DNA from: a bacterium
Lineage (GTDB): Bacteria > Patescibacteriota > Dojkabacteria > SC72
Direction: 5' to 3'
Length of the DNA: 64,000 nt
Assembly: GCA_021463465.1 (NCBI GenBank)
Contig: JAJTYH010000003.1
Span: 75,869-139,868, forward strand
The position numbers were made by a program, and so were the translations under genes. Below, piece by piece: positions 45,448-56,900 of the stretch. Numbering within the stretch: the first letter of the stretch is position 1; every line of letters starts with the position of its first letter. The notes under the pieces are model-generated. The model was not told where the DNA came from. It ran no database searches and saw only the letters and a program-made list of their open reading frames with translations.

Positions 45448-46692
45448 TTAGTATGAATATTTGGATTCCGGCGACTCATCTTTTATAGCTTTCGTAGCAT
45501 TCTTTTTGCGGTTGGCAGAACGAATATGTAGGAAAGAGATAAAGATTGTTACCAGTGCTATTACAGCAATTAAAGCAACAAGCTTATTTGCTCCAGTTGT
45601 AAATATTGCTAAGGCTCCGACGATTAGCGCAGCAGAGCTCTCAACAAGTAAAACTTTGGTTGGACTAAGGCCCAAATCCATGAGTTGGTGATGTAAATGA
45701 GATTTGTCGTTAATCCTTAGCAAGTCTAATGGGTTCTTTGGTTTGTATTTGATTAACCTGATGCCGATTGTGATTAATGAGTCAATGATAGGTAATGCTA
45801 AAATAATTATAGTAGAAGCAAATTTAGCACCGTTTACCAGAGCTAATGTCGCAATCAAAAAACCGTAAGTAGTTTTCCCAGTAGAACCTGTAAAGATCTT
45901 AGCTGGTGGAAAATTGTAGACAAGAAAACCCATCATAGAACCTGCGCTGATTACTGAAAGTGCTGCAATTACCGTTGAAGTATTCCTTACTCCTAAAACA
46001 AAAAGCAGTAGGAAGGCTATTATGGAGTTGGTTTCAAGCAAGCCGTCGGAACCTGCGACCCACTTTAATGCATTTATACATAACACTATCCAAGGAATTA
46101 TCAGTAAATCTCCTGGTAGTACCAAGCTTAAAGGAATGCCTATGAATTCTGAATTATATTTTGCCCATTCTAAATGGAAATAACCGTTAAAAGGGTTGTT
46201 AATAAATGTCACATCGATAGTAGATGCAACTACTACAAGCGAGGCAATAATCTGAGCGCTAAGTTGAACTGGAGCGGGTAGATTGAAAATGTCATCAATC
46301 AAGCCCACAACAATCAAGATTAGTAGGCCAATCAAGATAGGGATCAAAGTCGGAGTGAGTTTGAGAAAAAGAAGGGTAAGTGTGATTAAAGTTATGACAA
46401 CCGCAAGTCCTCCAAGAAATGGCACTGGCAAAGTATGTATGTGACGTTTCGGGTCGTCAAACTTATTTAATTTGTTATCTCTAAGATGAGCTGGTTGGTC
46501 CAATATTTTGAATTTTATGGACAGATGTCCGATTAAAGGGGTGATTAACAGTGTAAGTATAAATGCTAAAACAAAAATAGGTGTAAACTGAAGATACTTT
46601 AAGTAAGCGTTAGGAATGGCATTAAAAATGTCTATTCGTTCGATTAGCAATCTGAAAAGATCCGTTGTGTTATGGAGCAAATCTTCAAACAT
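45448..46692 (-). CDS. Polyprenyl-phosphate N-acetylhexosamine-1-phosphate transferase family (WecA/TagO/MraY-like)
   Basis: About 10 TM helices, with LIDDIFNL (DD motif), VAGSDGLLE, FTGSTGKTT and SHLHHQL (HLHH) motifs. Confidence 0.55.
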   Translation of the reverse strand: MFEDLLHNTTDLFRLLIERIDIFNAIPNAYLKYLQFTPIFVLAFILTLLITPLIGHLSIKFKILDQPAHLRDNKLNKFDDPKRHIHTLPVPFLGGLAVVITLITLTLLFLKLTPTLIPILIGLLILIVVGLIDDIFNLPAPVQLSAQIIASLVVVASTIDVTFINNPFNGYFHLEWAKYNSEFIGIPLSLVLPGDLLIIPWIVLCINALKWVAGSDGLLETNSIIAFLLLFVLGVRNTSTVIAALSVISAGSMMGFLVYNFPPAKIFTGSTGKTTYGFLIATLALVNGAKFASTIIILALPIIDSLITIGIRLIKYKPKNPLDLLRINDKSHLHHQLMDLGLSPTKVLLVESSAALIVGALAIFTTGANKLVALIAVIALVTIFISFLHIRSANRKKNATKAIKDESPESKYSY

Positions 46693-47215
46693 AATTTGAT
46701 ACTACTGATATAACATGTATGGAAAGAAAAATAACAATTAGTGTTGCTAGAAAAAGAATGTAATGAGATAGAAGCGTATTTCTGAAATAGTTGGTTCTAG
46801 CTGCTTTGAAAGAGTAGGTGAAGATAACAAAAGCTAGTAAAGGGAAAATCAAAATGTAGTATTTTGGCAAAAGTGCAAAGTTTGAAAGTTGCGTATAACC
46901 AAATAAGGGTATGATTGATGGCAATGTCTCGATGCGATTAAGGATAAATATAAGCTGGAAAAATGCTCCAGTCGCTTGCAAAGTGGCGTAGAACCAAATC
47001 AAACCATCATTAATGAACCGGTTAGCTTCAAAGAGGTTTAGCCTTGCAGTAATACGGGTCTTAACACTGTAGAAGATGTTTACAAAAGGGGAGCTAAGCC
47101 CTAAGGATAGCTGCTTTGGTTTGGTCTCTTTCTGCTTTACAGGAGATTTAGAAGTTTGGTTCTTCCCTTTCATTTGAAGGATTATAGCACTTATACCTGT
47201 TTGATAGGGCAACAA
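46685..47215 (-). CDS. Hypothetical membrane protein (start uncertain: 47215 or 47173)
   Basis: About 4 hydrophobic helices. The N-terminus would overlap the ksgA 3' end by 26-68 nt depending on the start codon. Confidence 0.3.
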   Translation of the reverse strand: MLPYQTGISAIILQMKGKNQTSKSPVKQKETKPKQLSLGLSSPFVNIFYSVKTRITARLNLFEANRFINDGLIWFYATLQATGAFFQLIFILNRIETLPSIIPLFGYTQLSNFALLPKYYILIFPLLAFVIFTYSFKAARTNYFRNTLLSHYILFLATLIVIFLSIHVISVVSNYV

Positions 47216-47939
47216 AATCTATGAATTTTAAATCTTCGGCACGTTTGTTAAAAATCTGGTTTTTATCTTCAAATTCTATTTGACCTTTCAAGTTATTTCG
47301 TAAGGTTTTCCTTGGTTTACCGTAAGCTAATTTAACGAGTTGCAAGAAATTAGATTGATTTACAAGCTGAATATTACTGTTTCTTTTCATTTGAACTAAT
47401 GAGCTCTCAACTTTTGGGCGAGGTATAAATGAACCTGGGTTTATATTTAGTAATATCTTAGTGTCAGCATATAATTTTGTTGTCATGTAGATTAATGAGC
47501 TTTTCATTTGATCCGAATATTTCAAAGCTACTTCTCTTTGTAGAATAAAGAAAAAGTTACTTGCAATTGAGGATTTAAAGAATTTACGAATAATTTGCTT
47601 GGCAATATTGTATGGAAGTGAGCCAAATACTGTGGTTTTTTCAGGGAAGTTAGCCTCATCCAGTTTGTAATCCATGAAATCAGACTCAATAAAATTAGCC
47701 GAGGGAATTTTTCTTTTGAGATTATCAATCAAGGAAGAGTCCTTTTCTATTGCCGTAACCGCTAATCCTTTATTAGCGAATCTTTGTGTAAAAAAACCGT
47801 CTCCAGGTCCAATTTCCAATATGCTTTCTGGTGAGGTCTGTACGATTAAATCAACAATTTTGTCAGCAAGAGTAGGATTATTAAAAAAATTCTGTCCGAG
47901 TGATTTTTTAAACATTTTTATTGTACTCTGAAGTCCCAT
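47148..47939 (-). CDS. rsmA: 16S rRNA (adenine1518/1519-N6)-dimethyltransferase RsmA/KsgA
   Basis: LGQNFF, ILEIGPGDGFFT (SAM motif I) and SLPYNI motifs. An alternative start at 47915 avoids overlap. Confidence 0.85.
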   Translation of the reverse strand: MGLQSTIKMFKKSLGQNFFNNPTLADKIVDLIVQTSPESILEIGPGDGFFTQRFANKGLAVTAIEKDSSLIDNLKRKIPSANFIESDFMDYKLDEANFPEKTTVFGSLPYNIAKQIIRKFFKSSIASNFFFILQREVALKYSDQMKSSLIYMTTKLYADTKILLNINPGSFIPRPKVESSLVQMKRNSNIQLVNQSNFLQLVKLAYGKPRKTLRNNLKGQIEFEDKNQIFNKRAEDLKFIDFVALSNRYKCYNPSNEREEPNF

Positions 47940-48844
47940 ATCCCAGCTACCTTTTCGTAGCGAGCTTCACACTTACTGCATTTACATGTCTCCTTTTTAA
48001 AGTCTAATTCACCTTGGCAATTAGGACAAATCAAAATATCTTCAATCTTTCCGAAATTTTGACCCTCTTTTGGCGTCTTCTTTTTGAGCACTAACTTGTA
48101 AAAGATGCTTGGGGCAATACTTGTCCAACTTACTGCGCGTTGCATCAATCCTTCGAACATAACCAGCAACCTAATAGGTATAATCTTTTTGATTAATTCT
48201 AATCTGAAGAAAGATACATCTTGTTTTTTTAACAGTGTAAAACCTAGGATTTTCAATCTTTGGGCTATGTCTTTTGGATGAAAATTAAGAAATACAGTGC
48301 TCTGCCCCCCACTACCTTCTCCTTGATTATGAGTCGGTTGTTGGTATGGATTCAGATTAAAGAATTGAAGGTTTCCTTTTAAGAGTGCTTTGAATGCAGC
48401 CTTAATATGAACTTTATTAGCGAACTCTTGGATATGCATTGCCTCATTACATAAAATACGCTGTAACTCTTGAAAATACACATCAGCGTTTTCAAGATGG
48501 TGTAGAACTCTAACCATCATTGATCCATTAAAACTACTGTCTCTAAAAGGTAACTTGTATACATTCGCTGCTACCAGGTTTGTGTTGGGAAACTTTTCCC
48601 ATATCCTGAATTTATTATTGACCAAAGTATTGAGAGAATAATCAACAATCACTGGATGCTTGTATTTGCTGTAGTAAAGAGGGAGGTGACGTCCATATGA
48701 TCCTCCAACATCTAAAAACCATTCTCCTGAACAGTTTTCTAACATTTTCATTAGTGCAATTACCTCGGAAAAGTGCTCGTAGTTTCTATTCTTCCAATAG
48801 ATGGAATAATCGTATTCAAATTCGTCATAGTTAGATATTTTCAT
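47918..48844 (-). CDS. Class I SAM-dependent methyltransferase with C-terminal Zn-ribbon (Trm112-like CxxC...CxxC)
   Basis: WFLDVGGSYG (motif I-like) and C-terminal CPNCQGELDFKKETCKCSKCEARY. Confidence 0.5.
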   Translation of the reverse strand: MKISNYDEFEYDYSIYWKNRNYEHFSEVIALMKMLENCSGEWFLDVGGSYGRHLPLYYSKYKHPVIVDYSLNTLVNNKFRIWEKFPNTNLVAANVYKLPFRDSSFNGSMMVRVLHHLENADVYFQELQRILCNEAMHIQEFANKVHIKAAFKALLKGNLQFFNLNPYQQPTHNQGEGSGGQSTVFLNFHPKDIAQRLKILGFTLLKKQDVSFFRLELIKKIIPIRLLVMFEGLMQRAVSWTSIAPSIFYKLVLKKKTPKEGQNFGKIEDILICPNCQGELDFKKETCKCSKCEARYEKVAGIWDFRVQ

Positions 48845-50535
48845 TTCTTCAAGGGCCTTAGTTTATCAATGCTCTCCATAGCCGTTTTGATTGGGTCATT
48901 GGCCTGTGAAGTATCCTCTTTTTCCTCTGAAGCTGCAAGTAGCATTCTGACCCTTTGACCTAAATCGGCTTCCAGATGCTTTTTGAGTAACCGCTTATGT
49001 AAACCTTCAAAATCGTCAGCATCTACATTAAGTAAAAGCAAGTTCTCAAGCGTATCTTTTAGGATGGGAAATTTCTCTAATGATATGTAAAGCTCGTTCA
49101 AAGTTTTAGTTTTGATACTTGTAATGTGATGAAACAATTCCTTTAAAGGCTTCTTTTGGAAAAACTTTTCAGTAATATCTTCATGGGGTTGTATTTCTGG
49201 TTGTTCAAGCAAGGCTTTGAAATAAAAATCCTCAATGTTTGGAGTTGCCCTTTTGTAAATTGCTCGATCCCTTTCGGTGGAATTAAAATTTGTAGTGTTC
49301 TGCGTGAATACACCTCGTCCAAGTAAAGACTTTGCTTGTTGTAAAAAGAAGTTTTTGGTCGTTTCGTTGGAAACCGTGTTAATAAAGGTTTTTATGTAAC
49401 CCTCCAAAAAAGTAATATTCTTTAGTTGTGTTAGGTCTAATTTTTGAGCTTTTGACGCTATTAAATACGAGAAAGCGTCTTTTGGTTGTTGAATTAAAGA
49501 AATTAGTTTATCCGGCTCACTCTGGATCATCTCATCTACATCTTTATATTTGCCGGTGTTTATCGCGAATGCGTCAAGACCTAGTTCAAGTGTCAATCTA
49601 AAACTACGTTCAAGAGCTGCCTGTCCTGCTGTGTCATTGTCAAATACAAACAGGATGTTACGTGTGTACTTAGACAGTATATCTAATTGTTCCCTTGTAA
49701 GTCCAGTACCCATAGCTGCAACTGTATGAGTAATGCCAACTTTGTGTAGTGCAATAACATCTGTGTTACCTTCAACAACTAGACAAATATCTTCTTTGCG
49801 TATACTCGCTTTGGCTTGATATAAACCGTATAAAGTAAACCGTTTTTGGTAGATACTGGTCTCAGGAGTATTTAAATATTTGGGACCAAACTTAGCTTCC
49901 GGTAAGAGTCTTCCCGTAAATGCAACAATTTTTCCTGAAATATTAAATACTGGAAACATAATACGTTTGTTAAACTTTTCTTTGATAATACCGTTCTTCT
50001 CAACAAATATGCCGCTGTCCACTAGTATCTTAGAGCTGTAGTTCTTGTAGCCTTTTAGTCTTCTTAAAAAAGTGCCATCGCCTGGGGCAAAACCAACGCC
50101 AAATGACTTAATCATTTTGTCATCTATCCCCCGTTTTTTAATATACTCTAAAACTTTAATGTTATCCGGGGCGTACAGCGCTTTTTGAAAGAAAACTTTC
50201 GCCCATTGATTGATTTGCATTGCTGGAGATACATTTGCATTAACCTGGGTCAAAGTTACTCCTGCATCTTTAGCAAGCTTTTCAAGTGCTTGTGGGAAAT
50301 CTATTCGCTCGACTTCTTGCAAAAACGAGAAAATATCTCCCGATTTACCACATCCAAAACATTTATAGATTTGAAGTTGTGGACTGACATTAAAAGAAGG
50401 GGTTTTTTCATTATGAAATGGACACAGTCCAGAAAAGTTTTTGCCTGCCTGTTTTAACTTTACGTACTTTCCTACGACATTAATAATATCAGTTCTTTCT
50501 TTAACCAGTTCTATGCTTGCCCTGTTATTGTCCAT
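48841..50535 (-). CDS. dnaG: DNA primase
   Basis: CHC2 zinc finger CPFHNEKTPSF...CFGCG and TOPRIM VVEGNTDVIALHKVG. Confidence 0.85.
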   Translation of the reverse strand: MDNNRASIELVKERTDIINVVGKYVKLKQAGKNFSGLCPFHNEKTPSFNVSPQLQIYKCFGCGKSGDIFSFLQEVERIDFPQALEKLAKDAGVTLTQVNANVSPAMQINQWAKVFFQKALYAPDNIKVLEYIKKRGIDDKMIKSFGVGFAPGDGTFLRRLKGYKNYSSKILVDSGIFVEKNGIIKEKFNKRIMFPVFNISGKIVAFTGRLLPEAKFGPKYLNTPETSIYQKRFTLYGLYQAKASIRKEDICLVVEGNTDVIALHKVGITHTVAAMGTGLTREQLDILSKYTRNILFVFDNDTAGQAALERSFRLTLELGLDAFAINTGKYKDVDEMIQSEPDKLISLIQQPKDAFSYLIASKAQKLDLTQLKNITFLEGYIKTFINTVSNETTKNFFLQQAKSLLGRGVFTQNTTNFNSTERDRAIYKRATPNIEDFYFKALLEQPEIQPHEDITEKFFQKKPLKELFHHITSIKTKTLNELYISLEKFPILKDTLENLLLLNVDADDFEGLHKRLLKKHLEADLGQRVRMLLAASEEKEDTSQANDPIKTAMESIDKLRPLKK

Positions 50536-50553
50536 CTTCTAACCTTTAACTTA

Positions 50554-51489
50554 CTACTGGCAGATTACCTCACTATTTTCTAACTTACATGTAAGGGTTG
50601 CAACCCCGGTGTCGCTATTGACATTTAATGGCTTCACTACGCCGTTAATCATTAATTGTGTACTATCAGGTTTACCAGTAATAAGCTCAAAATCGTTTTT
50701 AACAGTATATTTTTTTGTAAAGTTGGCGACTACTGTTTGTGCGAAAATTTGTTTTTGGTCAATATTAAGCTTAATCCAACTAGGTTCATCAAGGATTTTC
50801 AGAGTCAAATTAAACGAAAGAACTGCAGGCGCCTCGCTCTCTGCCTGTACTTCTGGTTTCTGAAAAAGTACCTTTAATACGACATTAGACTTTTTTTGGT
50901 TGTTTTTAGGGTTTATAGCTGAAATATTAAAAACGTTCTCACCTTCAGCTAATGTGACTGAGGTTTTAAAAGTTCCTATCGATGTCTCTACTTCTTTGTC
51001 GTTGATTTTTAACTGTGAGTACTTTGATGCGATACCTTCAATTGATATCTGGTTCTGATTAGTATTAAGTCCATTTACTGGTGAGTATATTTGTAGCTGT
51101 GGAGTTCGTTGATATGTGTAGAATTGATAGTAAAGGAAAGCCGAAAGCCCAATTACAATTGCAATAGCAGCAAGAATCACAAGGCTTTTAGGGTTAGCTA
51201 TATCTTTGATGTTGCCTATAAACCATTTCTTTTTCTGTTTACCTGCTTTTCCTAATTCCCTGTTTTCTCGTCTGAAGAGAGCTAGGACTCTGTCGACATC
51301 AAGCCCTAAGTATTCGGCGTATATCTTGGTAAATCCACGAGCAAAAACAGGAGAATCAAACGAGTTAAATTCGTTTGCCTCAAGTTGCTTGATATATTTC
51401 TCCATGATTTTAGTATCTTGTGATACCTCAAAAATACTTTTTCCTACGGTCTTTCTTCTGTTTTTCAAAATTTCACCTGGAGTTAGCAT
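50554..51489 (-). CDS. RodZ-like cytoskeleton protein (N-terminal XRE-type HTH, TM, extracytoplasmic C-domain)
   Basis: HTH GEILKNRRKTVGKSIFEVSQDTKIMEKYIKQLE, GFTKIYAEYLGLD and TM LVILAAIAIVIGLSAFLYY. Confidence 0.5.
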   Translation of the reverse strand: MLTPGEILKNRRKTVGKSIFEVSQDTKIMEKYIKQLEANEFNSFDSPVFARGFTKIYAEYLGLDVDRVLALFRRENRELGKAGKQKKKWFIGNIKDIANPKSLVILAAIAIVIGLSAFLYYQFYTYQRTPQLQIYSPVNGLNTNQNQISIEGIASKYSQLKINDKEVETSIGTFKTSVTLAEGENVFNISAINPKNNQKKSNVVLKVLFQKPEVQAESEAPAVLSFNLTLKILDEPSWIKLNIDQKQIFAQTVVANFTKKYTVKNDFELITGKPDSTQLMINGVVKPLNVNSDTGVATLTCKLENSEVICQ

Positions 51490-51523
51490 ACAACATAAAA
51501 CAAAATAAATATTGGGGCAGAGA

Positions 51524-53704
51524 TTACTTACCAGTTATTTGACTTGCGGATGTAACGAGAACTTTGCGTGGACTACTTCCTTCTTGTGGACCAATTGCAC
51601 CACTCGCCTCGAGTTCATCGATTAACCTTGCAGCCCGATTGTACCCTATTCGAAGTTTCCTTTGAAGTAATGAAGAAGACGCCTTCTGTGCGTTGATTAC
51701 AGCATTCAGGGCATCTGTGAACATTGGATCTTCGGATGAGCCTGATGCTGATGAGTCAAAAGTTTTGCCATCATCGCTTCTTGGAGCAACGATTTCTTCT
51801 GAATACTCCACCTCATCAACTTGATCCTTGATGAATTTGATGATTTTGTCTAAATCACGAATATCAGAGTATGATCCCTGTATTCTCACTGGTCTAATAT
51901 CCTTTGGTGACTTGAAAAGCATATCACCGTTTCCAATTAGGTTCTCAGCTCCCACTTGATCAATAATTACGCGTGAATCAGTCCCTGAAGCTACGCTAAA
52001 TGCTACTCTAGAAGGTACATTGGCTTTGATAAGCCCTGTTACAACATTCACAGACGGCCTCTGGGTGGCTAAGATAAGATGAATCCCTACGGCTCTGGAC
52101 ATTTGAGCGAGTCTGACAATTTTGGTCTCTACGTCAACACCAGTTGAAAGCATTAAGTCGGCCATCTCGTCGATTACAATAACAATATATGGCATGGCAG
52201 CGTATCCCATTTTTTGATTGTACTCAGTAACCTTTCTGACACCTGCATGCTTAAGCATTCGGTAGCGTTGAGACATCTCTTCAATAGCCCATTGGAGTGC
52301 GTTCATAACCAACTCCATATCAGTGATGACTGGGGTCAAAAGGTGGGGGATACCGTTATAAGGGGCCATTTCAACCATCTTAGGATCAACAAGCAATAGT
52401 CTAAGTTCATCAGGGGATTTTGTCATAAGCATGCCCATCAAAATGGTATTAATTCCGACTGATTTACCTGTGCCCGTAGCACCAGCTATTAGCATATGTG
52501 GCATTTGAGTAAGGTCTTTAATAATCATCCGACCTGCAATATCCTTGCCCAAAACTACTGGTAGCTCGAGCTTCTCTTTTTCGTTAAGTACCTTAGTCAT
52601 TAAATCTTTTGAATAGACAAAGTTTGGGGTAGGGTTAGGAACTTCCACACCAACCAGGGATGTCCCTTGGATTGGTGCTTCAATTCTTACGCTTAGCGCT
52701 GGGGCAGCAAGCGCTAATGCTAGGTCGTTTGCCAAATTCTGAATCTTTGAAACTTTGGTCCCTACGCTAATACTCAAAGCATATTGGACAACTGTAGGAC
52801 CTACCAAGACCTCAACTACACGAGCTTGAACCCCAAAGCTTGAAAGTGTTCTTTCAATTACTAATGCATTTTTTTTATATAAGTCTTTGTTTTGAGGTTT
52901 AATTACTGGCTCTTGTAGTAGTTCTACTCCTGGTAATTTCCAGTTAAGGTACCTAGGAGCGTTGTCTATATCTTCACGCTCGCTAGTTGATTCGTTCATC
53001 TCAATATTTACAGCCTCCAAGGTTTGATCATCAGTGATTTCTTCTTTGGTTATGGCGTCTTCGTTTTTCCCAAAGAGATTAAGGAATGGTTTCTTATCTA
53101 ATATCTTATCCACTCTCTCTTCTTGTTGAGCGTGATCTTCTTCGATGTCAGGAATAGCCATTTGATTATTTAATCCTACTGTAGAGTGTACCTCATCTCG
53201 CTCAAATAATCGGGTTAGAAAGTCTCTAATTTGAGCAAGTTTGATGTTGGTAAGGAGTGATATTGAGATAACAAGAGAGAATATGAGGATAAGAAATTCA
53301 ATAAATTTGCCTAAAGCTGATAAGAGGGCTAAATGTAATCTAAAGCCAAACTGACCACCTGAGGTGGAGAAATCAGTTGTATTTTGGAGAAATTCTACAG
53401 GGGTCCAGAAAAGTAGGAAAGTAGAAAAGGTTATGGCAAAGATAATCAAACCTATTTGTAATCTTAAAGAAGTGAAAATCTCATTTTTTAAAAAGAATCT
53501 AAGAGAAAAGTAGATGATAGATATTCCCCAGAATATCGAACCAAAGCCGAAAAGCTCATTCCAGAACCTAAATATTTTAGCATCAACAAATGGGGCAATA
53601 AATAGTGAGGTTCCTAAAATAGCTATCAAAACTCCAAAAACAATCTTGTTTTCATCGCTCTTGAAACTGGATTTTTCTTTGTTCTTTGAACTTTTCTTGG
53701 CCAT
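51524..53704 (-). CDS. ftsK: DNA translocase FtsK/SpoIIIE
   Basis: N-terminal 4-5 TM helices, Walker A GATGTGKSV, Walker B VIVIDEMADL, and C-terminal gamma winged helix (LLQRKLRIGYNRAARLIDELE). Confidence 0.9.
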   Translation of the reverse strand: MAKKSSKNKEKSSFKSDENKIVFGVLIAILGTSLFIAPFVDAKIFRFWNELFGFGSIFWGISIIYFSLRFFLKNEIFTSLRLQIGLIIFAITFSTFLLFWTPVEFLQNTTDFSTSGGQFGFRLHLALLSALGKFIEFLILIFSLVISISLLTNIKLAQIRDFLTRLFERDEVHSTVGLNNQMAIPDIEEDHAQQEERVDKILDKKPFLNLFGKNEDAITKEEITDDQTLEAVNIEMNESTSEREDIDNAPRYLNWKLPGVELLQEPVIKPQNKDLYKKNALVIERTLSSFGVQARVVEVLVGPTVVQYALSISVGTKVSKIQNLANDLALALAAPALSVRIEAPIQGTSLVGVEVPNPTPNFVYSKDLMTKVLNEKEKLELPVVLGKDIAGRMIIKDLTQMPHMLIAGATGTGKSVGINTILMGMLMTKSPDELRLLLVDPKMVEMAPYNGIPHLLTPVITDMELVMNALQWAIEEMSQRYRMLKHAGVRKVTEYNQKMGYAAMPYIVIVIDEMADLMLSTGVDVETKIVRLAQMSRAVGIHLILATQRPSVNVVTGLIKANVPSRVAFSVASGTDSRVIIDQVGAENLIGNGDMLFKSPKDIRPVRIQGSYSDIRDLDKIIKFIKDQVDEVEYSEEIVAPRSDDGKTFDSSASGSSEDPMFTDALNAVINAQKASSSLLQRKLRIGYNRAARLIDELEASGAIGPQEGSSPRKVLVTSASQITGK

Positions 53705-53749
53705 TTGAGTATAACTTTGCTCACACCATATTAGTATTTTGTGTTTGCT

Positions 53750-53830
53750 TTGACAACCTTCTTCTCATGATATATTATCTTCGGACACTTAAGCTCTTTC
53801 TTTGACATATAAGGCAGAATATGTTAGTAT
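53750..53830 (+). promoter_or_regulatory. Two tandem sigma-70-like promoters upstream of rpoB (TTGACA-17-TATTAT and TTGACA-17-TAGTAT)
   Basis: P1 has -35 at 53750-53755 and -10 at 53773-53778. P2 has -35 at 53802-53807 and -10 at 53825-53830. A further TATAAT lies at 53934-53939. Confidence 0.4.
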
Positions 53831-53960
53831 CCGCCGTTACATTCGAATAAATGGCTTAAAACTAACACTTTTGCGCGGTTCAGAGGCAAAGGTGTTACGG
53901 CTATTAATCAAGTAGCTAAAATGCGCTTTTAACTATAATTTGAGGCCTTCACAATACTCA

Positions 53961-56900
53961 ATGATTAAAGAACCTATTAGAAATAGAGCCGGCAGAATCA
54001 ACCTGGGAGTTGGCTCTAACCGTAAAGTAGAATTCCCAAATCTCATCCAAGCTCAACTCGATTCGTTTAATATTTTCTTAGAAAATGGTTTCAAAACCCT
54101 TTTTGAAGAGATTACTCCAGTTAAGGATACGATGGAGAAAATGTGGACTTTGGATTTCAAAGACTTTAAGATTGGTGACCCATACAGAAGCGTAGAAGAA
54201 GCTGGCCAAAAGGGGCTTAGCTATGAAGCTCCAGTATATGCAACAGTGCAGCTTTTGAATAACCGAACAGGTGAAATCAAAGAGCAGCAAATTTTCATCA
54301 GCGATCTTCCACTTATGACCAGTGATGGTTATTTTGTCGTTAATGGTGTCCGTAGAGTTGTTACTCATCAGATTGTACGTGCAGAAGGGGTTCTGTTTGA
54401 GGAGCAAGAGTCGTTAGTAGGTAGAACTCTTTACAAATCTCGTCTTATGCCGGGTAAAGGCCCATGGTATGAATTTGAAGTGAGTAAGAATAATGTGATT
54501 TCGATCCGATTGATTCCTAAGAGACCAAGAGTATTGATAACAGAACTTTTAAGAATATTTGGTTACGAAACTGATGAGGATATTAAAAAGTTGTTCTCAG
54601 ATGTTGATACTCATGAGGAGTATAAGTATATAGAGTCAACATTGGCTCGAGATTTCACTAAGACCAAAGAGGAAGCTATCGTCAGTGTTTATAATAAACT
54701 TCGACCAGATGAATCCGTTACCCTTGATAGTGCAGAGAAGTACATCAAGGGCCATTTCTTTAATGTTAGAAAGTTTGATTTAGGAAAAGTAGGAAGATAT
54801 CAAATTAACAGGAAGTTAGGTTTAGACTTCCCGTTAAACGGTGATTCATGCCGTTTCTATCTTGAAGATTTTATTGCAATCTTGAAGCGCTTGATTGATG
54901 TTAATAATGGTGCAGTGCCAGCTGATGATATCGATCACCTTTCAAATCGAAGAATTCGAAGTGTAGGAGAGGTGTTGATTCGGCAACTTGCAGTAGGTGT
55001 TCGAAGGCTTGAAAAGAATATTAAGGATAAGATGAGTATGTACGGTCAAGATGCCAAGCTTACACCTTCTATGTTGATTAGTACTAAGCCAGTATCTGCT
55101 GCTATGCAAGCTTTCTTTGGTTCCAACCAGCTTTCCGCTTTCTTAGAACAAGCAAATATCCTTTCTGAACTCGAAAATAAGCGAAAAGTTACAGCTGCCG
55201 GTCCTGGTGGACTTGTTAAAGAGCGTGCTACATTCTCTGTGCGAGAGGTTCATAACTCTCATTATTCGAGATTTGACCCTGTAACGTCTCCGGAATCTCA
55301 ATCAATTGGTGTAGTCACTCAGCTTGCAGTTATGGCTAAGGTTAATGAGTATGGTTTTATTGAAGCGCCATATCGCAAGGTTGTTAATAAGGTAGCCAAT
55401 GATGGTAAATCAGCAGTAAATAGAATGCCTTTGGAAGATATTAAGGTCGGTAAGAGTGTAGTTGCCAAAGTTGGTAGATTGATTGATGCTACGACAGCTA
55501 AGAAATTAAAGGATGTTGAATTACTTAAAGAAATTTCAGTAACTGCTTTTGTTACAAATACTGTTGAATACCTTGACGCTAAGTCTGAAGAAGAAGGTGT
55601 TGTGTCCGTTGCGACTCTTAAACAGGATGAGTATGGAAATATTACAGAGGCTTTAGTCCCTGCCCGACATTCGGGCGGTTTCATCTTAGAGGATGTTCAA
55701 AATATTACTCATGTTGATGTACTTTCATCTCAGCAAGCAGGTTTGGGTATGGCTTTGATTCCTTTTGTTGCTCACGATGACTCAATGCGTGCACTTGCAG
55801 GTTCGAACATGCAACGTCAGGGAGTACCATTGGTTAAACAGGAGTCTCCATATATAGGTACAGGTTACGAAGAGGTAGTTGCAAGACAATCTACTTGGGC
55901 AGTTTTTGCTGAAGATGATGGTGTGGTAGAAGTTGCTGACGCTAAGATGCTTACAGTTAAATACAAGAGTGCAGGTCGAAGGGATTATGCTTTAAAAAAA
56001 TTCAGCAGATCTAACGATAACACTTCTTTTTCGCAGTATGTCAAGGTTGTGCCTGGACAAAAGTTTGCTAAAGAAGATCTTTTGGTCGATGGACCTACAA
56101 TGGTTAATGGTGAGTTAGCATTGGGTATTAACCTTACTGCAGCATTAATGCTTTTTGAAGGTTACAATTATGAAGACTCCGTGGTGATTAGCGAGCGGGT
56201 TGTAAAAGATGATCTTCTAACATCTGTTCATATTAGAGAGCATGCTGTTGAGATTCGAGATACTGAACTTGGCCCTGAAATGATTACTTCAGATATCCCT
56301 CACGTTGGGGATAGAATTTTACAAAAATTAGGTTCCGAAGGTATTGTCCGAACCGGTGTTAAAGTGGGTTCAGGTGATATCTTGGTCGGTGTGGTCGCAC
56401 CACGAGGAGAGCAAGAACTTACAGCTGAAGAGCGACTTTTGAGGGCTATCTTTGGTGAATCATCTAGCGACATCCGAGATAACTCTCTTAGACTCCCGCA
56501 TGGAGAAGAGGGTATCGTTATTCGGACTCAACTTTTGGATAGTGCGAATGATGATAAGCTTCCACCTGGAGTTTTAAAGCAGGTAAAGGTATGGGTTGCA
56601 AAAACAAAGAAGATTAACTATGGAGATAAGATTTCGGGTCGACACGGTGACAAGAATACTGTTGCTGCAATTAAACCCGTTGAAGATATGCCGTTTACTG
56701 CAGACGGTCGCCCAGTAGACATTATCTTGACTCCAACCTTCCTTAAGAGAATGAACATGGGTCAGGCAGTTGAAGTGCATTACGGTAAATACGCACAGCT
56801 ACTAGGCGAAAAGTTCGCTTTCCCCCTATTTGAAGAGCTTGACCTTAATTGGTTGAAGCAGCAGATGGAGGAGAATGACTTTAAGATGGAAGAGAAAGTT

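Noticed and set aside
53831-53897. Riboswitch or ribosomal-protein leader upstream of rpoB
   Set aside because: Only a partial long-range complementarity was seen. No recognisable consensus such as the L10 leader, which would in any case sit upstream of rplJ (absent here).
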